DNA of 63,550 nt, counting the filler, from Neolecta irregularis DAH-3 (taxonomy: Eukaryota), in assembly GCA_001929475.1 (NCBI GenBank). It is 5 parts of 5 records of this genome, joined end to end, with 100 filler letters (N's around TTAATTAATTAA, not from the genome) between each part and the next. Parts side by side here need not be neighbours in the genome. Positions count along the whole stretch, not along the records: positions 19,796 to 41,338 come from LXFE01000422.1; 4 more parts are not named here. One strand, written 5' to 3'. Below, piece after piece: positions 23,217 to 36,036 of this stretch. The notes under the pieces were generated by a model. It did not search any database, was not told the origin of the DNA, and saw nothing but the letters and a program-made list of their open reading frames with translations. The position numbers and the translations under genes were made by a program. Every line of letters begins with the position of its first letter. Within the stretch, counting starts at the first letter, position 1.

Positions 23217-25185
23217 ATGGGCATTCATGGCCTTCTTCCTGCCCTGAAATCAATTCAACAGAAAACCCATATTCGAGCGTTTGCAGGTCAGACAGTCGGT
23301 GTTGATGCCTATGTTTGGCTGTACAAAGGGGCTTTTGCTTGTGCCTTCAACCTGGCACTTGGAAAAGACACTACAAAGTGCGATTCTCTTTCTCCCCTGT
23401 TGACCGGGAAGATACGTGGACTATGTGATGCATCGAGTGAAAATGCTTCGACATTATAATGTTCGTCCGTATATTGTATTAGACGGCGGTTTCCTGCCCA
23501 GTAAAGCCAAAACGGAAATTGAACGCAAAAAGTACATCTAAACCAACTTGTATTAATCTACTAGACGAAGAGCGGATAGTCGGGCATTAGGATTGAAATT
23601 TTTGGCTCAAGGACAGAAAAAGAAGGCTATGGAGCAGTTTAAAAGGTGCTTGGATATCACCCCTGAAATGGCCCATCGATTCATTATTGCATGCAATAGT
23701 GAATCAACAATTTTCTGATTTTCTAGGAACTCCAGAAAGAACATATCGATTATATCGTTGCGCCTTATGAAGCAGACGCTCAACTGGCATACCTCGAAAA
23801 AAAGGGTCTGATATCAGCCATTATCACTGAAGACTCGGATCTTCTCGTCTACGGCTGTAAAAAAGTCTTGTTCAAAATGGATCAGTGTGGCGAATGCATT
23901 GAAATTGATCGATCGAGATTTGCGGCTACTGCTGATATCAAATTAGCTGGATTCAGCGATGATACTTTTCGACATATGGCTATGCTTTCTGGCTGTGATT
24001 ATCTCTCAAATATACCGAATCTCGGTCTAAAGAAAGCCCATAAATACTTGTACAAGTATAAAACGATCGATAGGGTATAATGCAGCTATTTCATTTCCTT
24101 ATTTTGCATAGTTTTTCCGAGCGATGGCTTTGGATCCTACTATCAAGATTCCAGACGGTTACGAACAAGATTTTTATAAAGCAGATCTTACATTTCGACA
24201 TCAGCGAGTTTTTTGCCCGGTTTCGAATACGTTGGTGATGTTGAATGAGCCTGAAAATCCGGCACTTTTGGAAGGGCAGGATTTTATTGGACCGTACGTC
24301 TGTTTTGTTTCAAAATTGTTCATTTTCAGATTATTGTTATCGCATATTGCCCAAGGGATTGCTCAAGGATACTTGTGTCCCGTCACAAAGAAACCTTTTC
24401 GTCATGTTGGTACCTCCGGTAAGGAGAATATTCCTCCGAAATCTTTGAAGAAAACTGAATCTTGTCCGAAACCTGGTTCTATTGAATCCTTTTTTGGCTC
24501 GGAACCGGTCCTCGCGACTGCTACCAGCTCTTTATCTCTAACACCGTTATTTCATATTGTTCCGCCCAAGAGGTCTCTGGAAGCAATGCCGATATCGGAT
24601 GCATCAGAACGTATCGCAAAACGAATCAAGGTCTTCTCGCAGGAACCAACCTCGGCTAATACCCCAACTATCACCCAAAGTTGCTACTTTACACCTCCTA
24701 ATAGCCAACAGTCTCTTAAATTTCGAGCGATCCATACTGCTGCAAAGGAAGCCATGAAGCCTGATGTTGCTGATTCGCCGATCACGCCACCTGAATCCCA
24801 GGTTTTAGACCTTGGGGAACCCGAACAAATCGCTGCTGCATCTACCACGGCAGTCAACGAATCACTTGAAAAAGCAGAAATTCTGCCACCCTTGGAAGAA
24901 TATTGTACCCCAACTCCTAAACAACGCTCCAGCAACTTTTCAACAACTGGACCATCAAAGTTTGCAGAAAATTGGAAATCTCGATTTTCAAATCAATATT
25001 CTACACCAACGAGACCAGATCCTACAAAAACTCCATTCATGATGACTAGTTCTTTGCCCAGATTGGGAATACGGTCTATTGAAATAGCGAGAACAAAAAT
25101 TAGACTTTCAAAGAACGTGCCTATAGTGGAAAAGGCGGCGGGCACACCATCTTTCTTTGAAAAGTTTCGGTATGCATTGTCTTGA
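23217..25185 (+). CDS. EXO1: Exonuclease 1 (XPG/Rad2 family), 6 exons
   Basis: MGIHGLLPALK, VDAYVWLYKGA, VAPYEADAQLAYL, TEDSDLLVYG, LSGCDYL, FRHQRVF; GC-AG intron 23689-23726. Confidence 0.96.
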
Positions 25186-25494
25186 ATGTTAAACTGACAG
25201 CGGCTAGACATAGCAATCTTCGATAATGATTGTCTTTGTTTCTCTGGATGGGATTTAGCCTAGGTGTGTTCGTGTGCGCTTGTGAATACCTGATTTCTTT
25301 CGATTGTACAATGAAAAGAATTTCGAATTATAGGGGCTAGTCGGTACTTGAACTCTCTAGTTGTGATTGGAATTTCTCCCTTGTTCTTTGTAGAACACGT
25401 ATATTAATACACACCAATTCCTACTTTTTGACGAAATAATATTCCACTTTATTACGACTTTGACCTGAAAGAATTCCAGCCTGCAATTCACGAA

Positions 25495-26432
25495 ATGTTT
25501 TCTCTAAAGTGTAGAGAATGCTCGTCTTGGTTAAATACTGACGCACAGCAACCATTTTCTTTTATAAAATCGCTTTGATAACAGTGTTATCATTCACGGT
25601 AGCGTTTGTTGGTACTTTCTGTCCATGGCTCATGCTGATATCAGGCCTTGCAGCGTTTGGATGTCGATCAAACGCCGTACAGTCATTTTATGTCATCAAG
25701 GCGGCGTATACTGGAACAGCAACAGTGCATCTCAAGAAACGAAGTATTGGTGATATGATGGATAGCATGGAGAAATCCGCAGATAGAGTCGGTGATAAGG
25801 CCGAAAATATAGGTTCTCAAGGTGCACAGAATGCTATTGAAGAGATGCTTGGAAGCACAAAGTTGATCGTATATGTTGGTGCAGGAGGTACTGTTCTTTT
25901 TGACGAATTCTGATAATGTCAAGGATTGTGTTTTGGGGAGAGCGACTTGGTTTGTGCCGCATCAAAGTCGAGTCCAGATGAAAAGGATCCATTGAAACTG
26001 GTCGATATATTCAACCATTATCCAAGGATGATTCTTCCCTTTTGGTTCCTCATTTTCGCATTTGGGATTATTGGATTGTCGTTAATAGGCAGTGTCTTAA
26101 TTTCAATGATCGATACAAGGAAAAGTCTTATCAAGATCACCGACGGGCTACTTGTGCTAGGATGTATCGTGTTGCTAATGGGTGCATTGCAAGCTGAGCT
26201 TGTCATACGGGGGACATTGGACATGATACGGGATGTACCATTCTCAATTTTAACTGCAACGAGAGGGTATATAGCGTCCGCGATGATCTGGGCTGGGTTC
26301 GGGCAAGTGCCTTATCTAGATGAATGCTTACCTAGTAGAGGCAGTTGGGTTGCGATTATTCTTCGCCGGCTTATTAAGAACAAGGGAGAAGGGAGAATGC
26401 TTAATAAGGTAGGGCAGATGAGTAAAGTATGA
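25495..26432 (+). CDS. Fig1/Dni1-like claudin-superfamily mating membrane protein, about 5 exons
   Basis: TM1 followed by GC, spliced YVGAGGLC claudin-like motif, C-terminal GYIASAMIWAGF, 4 TM segments. Confidence 0.7.
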
Positions 26433-27011
26433 TGTATCATTCTAAAGTGAAATAATAATAAAAAGACGACATGAGATATAAAAATGCCTGCGTGTGTATC
26501 AGTGCTGTGGAAAATTCCGAGTGCATGTACGCGAAAAGTACATGTGAAACAAGAGTGATCGATGGGTCTAGTAGAGTTACAGAGTATAGAAAGAATTAAA
26601 AAAAGGAGTTAGTAGAGTGCGTCAAGTAGAACTGGAGGTCCATCCAGTCTAGTAGAATGAGTCTAGAAAAGTCTATCGAGTCTAACAGAATGCTTCTTTG
26701 GTACGCAACACAACACATTTTTATCTGTTTATTTTTTCCTATCACATACGCTATTCCGTTATCCCCTTATAACACCCCCCCAATCCGCAGAAAATGCATT
26801 ACCCAGGACTCCCGCCTTCCTCTTTTTGCCTCTAAACCAAAGTTGACTTCCCCCGCTCAGTCCCGCCAAACGACAGTTTGTGGAAACCTGCAAAAAGAAC
26901 ACGCCCACTGGCAAAATTGACAGTAGCCTATTCCAAATTCAACCTTTTGTCAACGAGATGGTAAGAGATTGTCAGCTTTTATTTTATCCCAATTTTTAGA
27001 AACATCACTTA

Positions 27012-27278
27012 GGGTGCGTTCGCCAGCCACCATTTTGACCCAAATATCATGATATTAGGTAATTTTGACATATTTCAATTGAACGCAATTCCAACGTTTT
27101 CTTGAGATATTCTGACAAATATCTCAAGAAAAGAATACTGATCCAGTCAGTGTTTGCTCAACAGCCACCATTTTCATCCAAATATCCAAATATTTGTTCC
27201 AAAAATCTTAGGGCAAATTCACCAGCCACCATGAAAGAATCTGATGATATCTTTTTATGGTGGCTAGCGAACACACCC
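27012..27278. mobile_element. PIF/Harbinger (Tourist-like) MITE, 267 bp
   Basis: 22-bp TIRs GGGTGCGTTCGCCAGCCACCAT / GGGTGTGTTCGCTAGCCACCAT (2 mismatches), TTA on both flanks, internal CAGCCACCAT repeats. Confidence 0.85.
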
Positions 27279-27489
27279 TTATTCTTTTTCCTAGCTAGCT
27301 CACGTTTATCAGGAAAAGCCTGGCGATGGAAGGCAATTTTTGTCTTTTCTATTTTTCTACAAGTATGGGCGACTTCTCTGTTATTCCACACTCACACCTG
27401 CCCCCGCACCAATCCAACGTTTCCAAATGAAAGTTTACCAAAACAAAGTACTCAAAATCGAACGCCGAAGTTGCAGCCTGTGTGCTACA

Positions 27490-27740
27490 AGTCTAGCAGA
27501 GTCTATAGAGCGAGTCTAGTAGATATATCGACTCGATAGAGTGGGTCTAGTAGAGTTCGACTTGGATGGAGGTTTGTCCATCAATATACACCGGAAAGTC
27601 TACAAAGTCTAGTAAAATGATAGTCTAATGGAGTCTATAGAGTCTAGTAGAGCGAGTCTAGTAGTCGATCGAGTCTGTAGAGTCTAGTGTATATATCGAG
27701 TCTAGTAAGTATCGAGTTTGGATGGAGGTGCAATATATAT
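27490..27740. repeat. Degenerate AGTCTAGTAG-rich tandem repeat; related sequence near 26560-26690
   Basis: Many GTCTAG units; two longer units each ending TTGGATGGAGGT. Confidence 0.6.
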
Positions 27741-27838
27741 GGTAGATCACGTGCACACACAGTCCCAAACCGATCCGACTGTATCCATTGAATTGGCTGC
27801 GGAAAACAAGTGAGGCCAGTTTCTGCACCAGCAACTCG

Positions 27839-28568
27839 ATGCAGCACTCGCCGCTGCTTGCTCTCCCTCAATCGAATCTCCCTGATTCCTCTCCCCTCCC
27901 AAAGAATACCCATTTTGATCCCTCTCCTCTCCAAAAGAATGTACCTCCTTCTCCCTCTCCCCACCCAAAACATGGGCATCCAGATCCCGCTCCCCTTCCT
28001 ACTCCGCCTGCCACTCTCCGCATCCATGTCCCCATAAAAGGCCGCTCCAACGTCGTCGTAAACTTTACCCGTCTCGCAGAGGAGAAATACGGATGGGCCG
28101 CCGTCAATCCAACAGCCGCCGCAAATCTATTGAAAATCACCAAAGATGCAGATTCAGACGACCAGAGTGACACAAATCCAGACGATACCGCCCCAGAAGA
28201 CGGCAGTGCCCAGCCCAGCGAGAATGCAGACCTCCAGTCATCCGCCCCAAAGCGCCAAAAACGGAGAGATAACAAAGACTATGACTACAACGACCCTTTC
28301 ATCGACGACGCAGAAATGTTGATCGATCAGGCCGCCAGTAAAGATGGCTTCTTTGTGTTCTCAGGCCCCCTCGTACAGGCCGGACAGCGTGCAAGAATAG
28401 AAAAGTATTTATTTTTCCAATTTCATCCCTGACTCGACTAGAATAGACGGGACAACAAAACGGAGCAGAGGTAAAGGCTCGCGTGGCGGTGCTCGAGGAG
28501 CTAATAGAGGCGCCGCCCGGGGTCGCAATAAGGGACGCACCTCAAGTCAACCTCAAGTCGAATCTTGA
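27839..28568 (+). CDS. HPC2: HIRA-complex subunit Hpc2/Hip4 (HUN domain), 2 exons
   Basis: NFTRLAEEKYGW, YDYNDPFIDDAEM, ASKDGFFVFSGPL; start codon uncertain. Confidence 0.88.
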
Positions 28569-28816
28569 TCATACTCTACCAGTTACGGACTATTCTCATG
28601 GGTTTTTGTAATGCTTGCCCACAATTTTCACCTCTATTCTTTCGGTTAATGGCATTTGTAAATAGCATGATTGAAGCGGACAATCGAAAAAATAAACCAA
28701 GGCAAAACCGGTTCACCAATATTGCATCCCAACCCAACACCTTATAACCTACATCTCAAAAAGAATACAACATCAAATATTTCCAAAAGTAGAAAATAAC
28801 ACAAGATACTCATCGC

Positions 28817-29892
28817 TCATGGAAGGTAGGATGCGACAACGTTGACATCCTTAGCTTCAGTGATAACTTTCCAAGCATCATCGGAAAGTCGCTCCTCCTC
28901 CGGCAAGATTGACCAGTGTGGACTAGCTTGCTTCTTGAGCCATCCAAAGTCTTCTACCTGGTCCCAAAGGTTGGTAGAATCTTTTGGTAGCTGGACAATT
29001 AGACAATCCAAAAAGCATCTATACAAAGATTGATGGGTATATGCTAAACTTGATGCCGGCACATCCCTCTATGATGGGCTTTGTTCCACAGCAAAGGTAG
29101 ACGACCAGATCGTGACAATCATGTAATCGTAGCTATCATCAGCATTATGGTAGTATCAAAGGTGCCTGATGACAAGAGAGTAGCAAGATAGAGTTTCGGC
29201 AGTTGGCTACAAGTGCAGGTCCAGCAATATTTTTGCAGAAAAGTATACAATCTGAAACATCTTTCAGAGCTAAAGCAGCGATACTCTCTTCGCGCCCTTG
29301 TCCTTGGAGATCGAGAATGCAATTCTTGACATTAGTAATTGTGATATCCTTGCCATATCCGCTTCCAACAAGCGAAAGATCAAGTCTCTCGTTAGACCTC
29401 GAGTTCAAGTTAATAGAAGATGGAGACATGGATACTGTCTCTTCCTTTGCATCGTCCTTCCAATTATCGATCGGAGGTCTCCATAGTACAGAAGCATCCT
29501 TTATACTAAGCGCTGAAGGGTTCTTTTGTCTACTAAATTTGAACTCCGGGCGAGGCGAATGTGTTTCTTTGGCTTTGTCAAGAAGGTCTTTGAGTTCCTT
29601 AACGCTCTGACACTGAGTTACGGCCCTGTAAAAGGGGCGTACCTCTAAACATCTTTTTTGATCATATGACGGGAGATAGGCTGTGGCTTCTGTAACCTCA
29701 TCTGATAAACGGGAAATAGAAGCAAGGATGAAACTGAGAGCGTCAATACGCTCTGCTTGGCACCGATTTCCGAGTTCATCGATCTGTTGTTGAAGGCCTT
29801 GATAAAATATCAACAACGGCGTTCTCGCCTGGTCGCGGACCTTTTTTGGAATTTTGGAAATAGGTATAGAACTGGGCTACCATAGTGTCCAT
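28817..29892 (-). CDS. Tubulin-folding cofactor C, 4 exons
   Basis: LPSYDQK, FKFS, SCHQLRLHDC, PIIEGC, NLWDQVEDFGWLK; GC-AG intron 29133-29165. Confidence 0.92.
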
Positions 29893-29998
29893 ATCTTACG
29901 GGCGACCAGTTTAAGAATGATGAAGTTGGGCGGCGGAAGTGAACTTTTTGAGACATGCAACCCAACCCACGCAAGTAGAAATATACCATAATAAACAT

Positions 29999-30565
29999 CT
30001 ATGTACCTGTTTCTTCTGTCTTTGGCCACCGGTCTTTGACTTCAAACATCTTTTTCTTCATTGCCATTCGTTCTAAAGGATCTTTTGACTGATGTCCAAA
30101 TGTAAATGCATTACCACACCAGTCGACAGTTGCAGTTGCCATGCCCAATCCAAACATCCCGCCGAAAACTCCCCCAATTGATCTTCCTAAGCAGGTGAAT
30201 TTTGCACTATTCTCCAAGAGCGAACGTGTTAGACCGCAAAAGAATCCGGCTACACAGCCACCAAAAAAAGGATTCCACGAGTCATCTTTTTCTCGCAGAT
30301 TCGCAGAGGCAGCTTCCACGAATGAGAAGGCGCCACCCATGATGCCTGGACATGAGCTTGCAATTGTTTTAAAACCACCTAGCAGCAATATGGGTCTTCC
30401 GGTTCTCCGGAAAACACCCCATGGGCCGGCAGAATGTGTCTGCAGCGAAGTGAGGACAGCGGAATATGTGAGACCGACTGCGGAGCCCACCAAAGCGGAC
30501 TGTGTAGCGATTGAAACGGCATCCCTGGGCCTGTAGGGCGGAGGGATAGTGAGCTGGGGAGTCAT
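29999..30565 (-). CDS. Complex I subunit NDUFA11 (Tim17 family), 3 exons
   Basis: YRPRDAV, WGVFRRTG, ASANLREKDDSWN. Confidence 0.9.
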   Translation of the reverse strand: MTPQLTIPPPYRPRDAVSIATQSALVGSAVGLTYSAVLTSLQTHSAGPWGVFRRTGRPILLLGGFKTIASSCPGIMGGAFSFVEAASANLREKDDSWNPFFGGCVAGFFCGLTRSLLENSAKFTCLGRSIGGVFGGMFGLGMATATVDWCGNAFTFGHQSKDPLERMAMKKKMFEVKDRWPKTEETGT

Positions 30566-30617
30566 GGACAAGGAAACAAGGGCAGGCAGTCGGAGTTTGT
30601 TCAGGTTTTGACAGTAC

Positions 30618-33600
30618 ATGATGGCCAGTGCCGACCAGCTGAGCGACATGCCGGATCCACGGCTGGGAAAAAGTCCGCCGCGCCTGTTTCTTGATCTTCT
30701 TTTCCATCCGACTGGCTCTGGATTGCTTCCGTCGTTTAGAAACAACCACCAGTCGGATGCTGTTGCAACCTCCTATCCGCCATTCAACCACATCCACCAT
30801 TTCTTGCTCAAAAGCTCAAGTCAGTCAAAGGAGAACCACGGCGTTGTTGAAGCCATCTGCAAGAAATGCCACACCCATATTGCGATATTTTCCAGGCTGC
30901 AGGATCCGCAGAAGAATATGTGTCCCAGTGACCACTCCCATCTCCACCACCTGCACTATCTGGAAGACGATTACAAGGTAAAGACAAATACCGAGGACTT
31001 TGTGATTTTTGAATCGTTGTCATGGATCTGCTGCGTCTGCTCTTACCGCATTACAATCGAACTCTTCCTGCCGGTTATCCCCGCAAAGCTAGTCAAGGAA
31101 GAGAAGGTATCCAGAAAGAAATGGACACTTGGCAAAAAGTCAAATAATACCGTCTTCGAGTCGTGGTCTCAGATTATTCAACATATAGACGCTGTGCTGG
31201 AAGGCAGGCCTGAAGTCAAAAATGGAATTAAAGAAACCACTCTCGCTAAAAAGTTCTCTGCCGAGACAGCAAAGAGTTTGATGGGATATATGCACCATTT
31301 CTTTAGCGAAGGGAGGTTTTTTCCCCCTGAATTGGACGAAATGGATCCACTGTATGCTACTCTTCGTGATCGACTGGAGATCATTCAATGGGAACTGAAA
31401 GTCGCCGCTATGGAAGGCTATAGTCTGTTGGGTATAGTGCTTATTTTTTCAATGCTAAACTGTAGATGACAAGAATTCCAAACAGCCTCTTCAAGAACTC
31501 CAATCAGCCCATAATGCTATCAAGATAGTACTTGGTGCATACACTTGTATACCTGCCTCTTTATTGTTCCTGTATGCTGATTATTTTAGATAACAAGAGG
31601 CACGCTTCTCTTGATCAGAAACATACACCCGCCTATACATCCCTCGGAATCACTAGTGACGTGGCAGACGATCTTGTAATCGAAGCCTATGATCGGCAAG
31701 AGCAAGAGTGCCCTAATGATCAATATTTTGAATACCTTGTCGAAATAGCTGATCGTCGTCGGACTGAACAGATGAATTTGCATATCGCCAAACTCAAAAG
31801 TCAAGGTCGTTTCACGAGCAAGGACCTCACAGACGCATACGCGGCTTTGCAGGTGCCTGAATATATTGACGATGACTCAATCATTGGAATCTTTGGCGTT
31901 AGAATTGAGGATGATTCAAAGAAAAGTAGAAAGTACATCGATGCGTTGATTCTTATCAGTCAGTCGCGGAAAAGTGCCAGCATTGATGCATTTTTGTCGG
32001 ATCAAGGATTTTCTCGTGCAGGGCCAGCGGCGATGGATTCTACTACGGCCTACAACTTATTTGGCGTATTATCTAATGTTGAAGATTGTTACCTCGTGAC
32101 CCTGTACAAGTCAATTTGTAGCGAGCAGCCATCGAGGAAAGATGAGTTGTTTCAGGCACTTACTGTGATTGCAGAAGAAAGGCGTAGTGCTTATTTGAAA
32201 GAAGAGCTCAAAAAGAACCGGCCGAGTGTGTCTTTCAAGAACAGTCCTACGCAAATGACTTTGGAGCAAGCACATCGAAAGTTTGGGGTTACATCTCAGA
32301 ATTATGTCGAAGACATTCTACGCGAAACAGTTAATCAGACTGTAAGACTTTATATGGTCTGTCTTGATAATCTAGGTCAGCGACTCTACACTTACTCCTT
32401 CTCAACGTGAAGAATACAAAAAGGCTGTTCGTGTGATCTATGATCATACCAACGCAGACTGGCTACGTATGTTACTTGACGAGCATGAAATTACTTCTCC
32501 AATAACCGCATCTAATGATTGCCCTACTGGCCTCAAAAATATAGGTATGTTGTTTCACGACACGAAAACTTACTCTACCAGGAAACACTTGTTATTTCAA
32601 CAGTCTCTTTGTATGTTTTGTCTTTGTTTCATGAACTGAATGCAAGCAAGTTTACTTGACCATCAACCAATTCCGAGATATCATCGTCAATTTTGATCAA
32701 CACGAAGATACCAATCTCCCGGAAAACAAGGTTTTGACTCCTGATCTAGTGCCAAAATACAAGATACTTGCTGTGAAGCCGCGTAAGACCTTCAATATCT
32801 TATAGAAGCTCACTTTAGTCATGAAAGATCTTCAAAAATTAGTTCGTGAACTTATATCTACGGATGCACCGTCTTCTACTCCAACAAGGCAGATGATCAA
32901 TCTTGCCATGAAAGATGAGATAGTTCTCCCACCATCCCCTGTTTTTTCACCTACTCAAGTCCCTTCACGGAAATCAAGTTTTCGCAAAGGCGGTGTTCCA
33001 ATGTCACGCGATGTTCCCTCTCACAAGTTTGAGCCTCTCAAGCTGTCTGTGTCCCCAAAGGATAAAGAACTGGCCTCTGATTGCATGGAAGGTTTGTGGT
33101 CTTTTATCTTTCAAGACTTTTGATCAACAGATGTCATCAATTCTTCTTTGGAGGACAAGATGGACATTGATAATCCGAAGGAAGTTGACCCGCTTCCCTC
33201 CCCAGTAGATCTCGCCAATTTACCAGAATCAGATACAGCCAATCAGTCTTCATCAGCTCCACTCCAGACTCCTTCCACCACTACAGCTGACCTTTTTGAA
33301 GGAAGCGATATCGAAATGAAATCACCCACAGCTAATTTCGAAGGCGACACTTACTCGGAAGTAGTTAATATGAGCCCTAAACGAAAACGTTCGCCTCCTC
33401 CAGTTCCCCCCAGGCCCAAGCAACAGGGTTTCCGACGGAGATCTACCTTCAATGGACAACAGGATGTACATGAACTTTTCGATTTCTTTTTATCGCGTAT
33501 TCAGGGGACGTTAAAACCTTTAGGTCACGATAAGAAAAATGGCCAGATCGATTCGGTTACTCAGTGAGCTTTATCTGTAAGAAGCGTACTAATTCGCAAG

Positions 33601-34624
33601 AACATTTCAAGGATGGACTGCAGAGTATTTACGAGATCTCAAGAAAAACACGCAAAAGCGAAAAGACGAGACACCTTTCAAGTGTCTCCTGCCTCCTATA
33701 TTGCACGGTGAACATGATGTTTACTCCTATCTAAACCTACATTTCGATCCCGAAATAGTGGAACTCGATGGTGCCAAAGATACTCTCAAATGGCAGACCA
33801 TAACTGAACTTCCACCTGTTCTTCAGATCCTTATTCAACGATCTGGATTTGACACAGCTACCCAAAGGTCGATCAAGTCTGATACGAACTTACAGATCAA
33901 CAAAACCATCTATCTTGACCGGTATTTAGATCAGTCTGGGGATGATGCTATCTTTCGGCGTTTCACGACGTTGGAAATTAAAGAGGAGATCGAGAAGGTA
34001 GAAAATATGTTAAAAGAACTTGAAGATGAAGACGTAGTATCTCTATCGTTGTGCTTCATAATGGTATAGATTCGCGGAATTACGCCTACAGAAAATCTTA
34101 ATCTTACAAAAGAATGGGCCGAGTCACTTGATGATCTCGTGGAGGTTGATCCTCAAATTATTGAGACCTTTCGAAAAGCGTCACAATATATTAAAAATGA
34201 AATTGAAAGTCTGAATCCCTTGTATAATATAGTTGACGTTTCAGATCTCAAGAAAAAGATTCAAGATTATCGATCTGAGATTGATAAACTTTTCGTTAAT
34301 ATGAAGGGACATGAATACCGTATCCATTCTGTAGTCATGCATAGAGGTAATTTGTTATGTGTATTCTCCGCTTAGAGAGTAGGAACACCAACGGCGGGGC
34401 ATTATTGGGTCTACATTCACGACTTTCAAACCTCGAATTGGAGAAAGTATAACGATGATGTTGTGACTGAGGTCACAGAAAGTCAAGCTCTTGGGAGTAA
34501 TGATGGGACGCCATATCTGTTGACCTATGTCGAAGCAAATAAAGCAGAGGTAATTACTCGTGCTGTTTATCGAGAGATGGGAAAGCAATGGGATAATTCC
34601 TCTTCGGAAAGTAGCAATGTTTGA
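30618..34624 (+). CDS. UBP2: Ubiquitin C-terminal hydrolase Ubp2, about 12 exons
   Basis: GKSPPRL N-terminus, Cys box GLKNIGNTCYFNSL, QQDVHE, LPPVLQILIQR, His box HRG...GHYWVYI, KYND. Confidence 0.93.
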
Positions 34625-34857
34625 AAAAATAGAGGATGGGAGGTTTGGCGTTTTGTAAATTATCACTTCGTATAATATGATGAGGGGACAGCTCTTGATG
34701 AGTGACATTGACGAAATAAAAAAACCTTTTATTACGCATACCTTGAAAATTGTCACTGGTGACTTGACAAAACATCCAGAAAAAATAGAAACCAACAAAA
34801 CACCGCTAATAAAACAAATGACCAAGATCAACCAGAAGTAAAGTACAGAGCTGTCCC

Positions 34858-35881
34858 TTAAAATTCAACAAATCCCAAATTAAGATACTTTGACCAAAAG
34901 TCTTCTTCCTGGATAGAGCCAGGTTGATTAACATATTCAAATGGATCACAATTAGTATTGGAGATTTGAGTATTTCCAATATCCTGGTAAATTGTGTTGG
35001 CGTTCACGATAAGGCTAATCTGAGACATGTAAATTAAACTATCCACGTCCAATTCTGAATTGGCGAATGAAGAAATGGTAGGAGGTTTATTGAAAGAAGC
35101 AGGAGTTTCCCAAGTCTGAGTTGATGGCGGCGATCCCGATGTTTGTTTGGATATGCACTCGGCAGGGAAAGACACGTCCTTGCGTGTTGGAACAATCATT
35201 GCAGCCGAATTAGACGGGATTCCTGGACCGGACAGGATTTCTGCGAGTTCTTTGTGCATTTTATATTGCTGGTACTGCTGTGATGGAGCGACTGCCATTT
35301 GCTGGATGTGTGTGTCGTACACGGTGGTGAAACTGCCAATATCAAAGTCTGATCGACTAGGTAGTCTTCGACCGGCCCGGCAAATGGATTGGTCAGATGG
35401 GATCCGGACGTGGCTTGTACGACGGCGTTGAGGATCTGAATAAGGATGAAAGCGAGCAAGAGGAGGGAACTGAGCGTCGACTTGTGCTCGAGCAGGTTTA
35501 GTATCTAGGCCCTGGAACAAGACGAGTTCTCTGACTGCATCGCGGCCTATAGTTCTGTCGATGTAATACGCATCAAAAGCGGTGTCAAATTGCGGGTTGT
35601 CGGTTTTGAGATGGCTGAGTGAACTAAGATGGGCTTCAAACCGCGGATCGATTTCCTCGTAGACAAGATCATCTCTGACAGCCTGCTCTGTGATTCTTAG
35701 ACGTTTTCCAGTGTACTGGAAATGCTGTGGCAAGTCAGAAATGGCTGATACTGAGTTTTACCAGCGTACTTGCCTCTTCTGCAGACTTACAGCGGGCCTC
35801 GAGACTGCGATCATGGCGGCGAGAAGCAGCGATAAAAGCGCGCTCTTTGTTTTCCCAGACCTTGCGAGTACTTATGGTCAT
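34858..35881 (-). CDS. Fungal protein of unknown function with conserved N-terminal domain, 2 exons
   Basis: Spliced KERAFIAASRRHDRSLEARCKSAEEASTLHFQYTGKRLRITEQAVRDDLVYEE followed by a low-complexity Q/S/P tail. Confidence 0.8.
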
Positions 35882-36036
35882 GGTGTGTGAAATCAAGAAT
35901 AGGAATCAGATGCGGATCAAGATGGATGGTGGCACTTGACAAAAGGTGGCGCTGCGCCATTCCGTCAGTGGCGGTGATTACTTAAGCACAGGAATTAAAG
36001 CATTGAAAACAAAACAAGACTCGGCAGAAACAGCTA

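Noticed and set aside
25230-25395. Ste11 TR-box-like TCTTTGT motifs upstream of the FIG1-like gene
   Set aside because: Imperfect matches in T-rich DNA; not distinguishable from chance
146-26432. STE2, HOP2, EXO1 and FIG1-like as a mating or meiosis cluster or MAT locus
   Set aside because: No HMG, alpha-box or homeodomain gene; genes are interspersed with housekeeping genes and split by an artificial join
26560-27740. CRISPR-like or structured-RNA reading of the CTAG-rich repeats
   Set aside because: Eukaryotic context, no constant repeat-spacer period; low-complexity degenerate repeat
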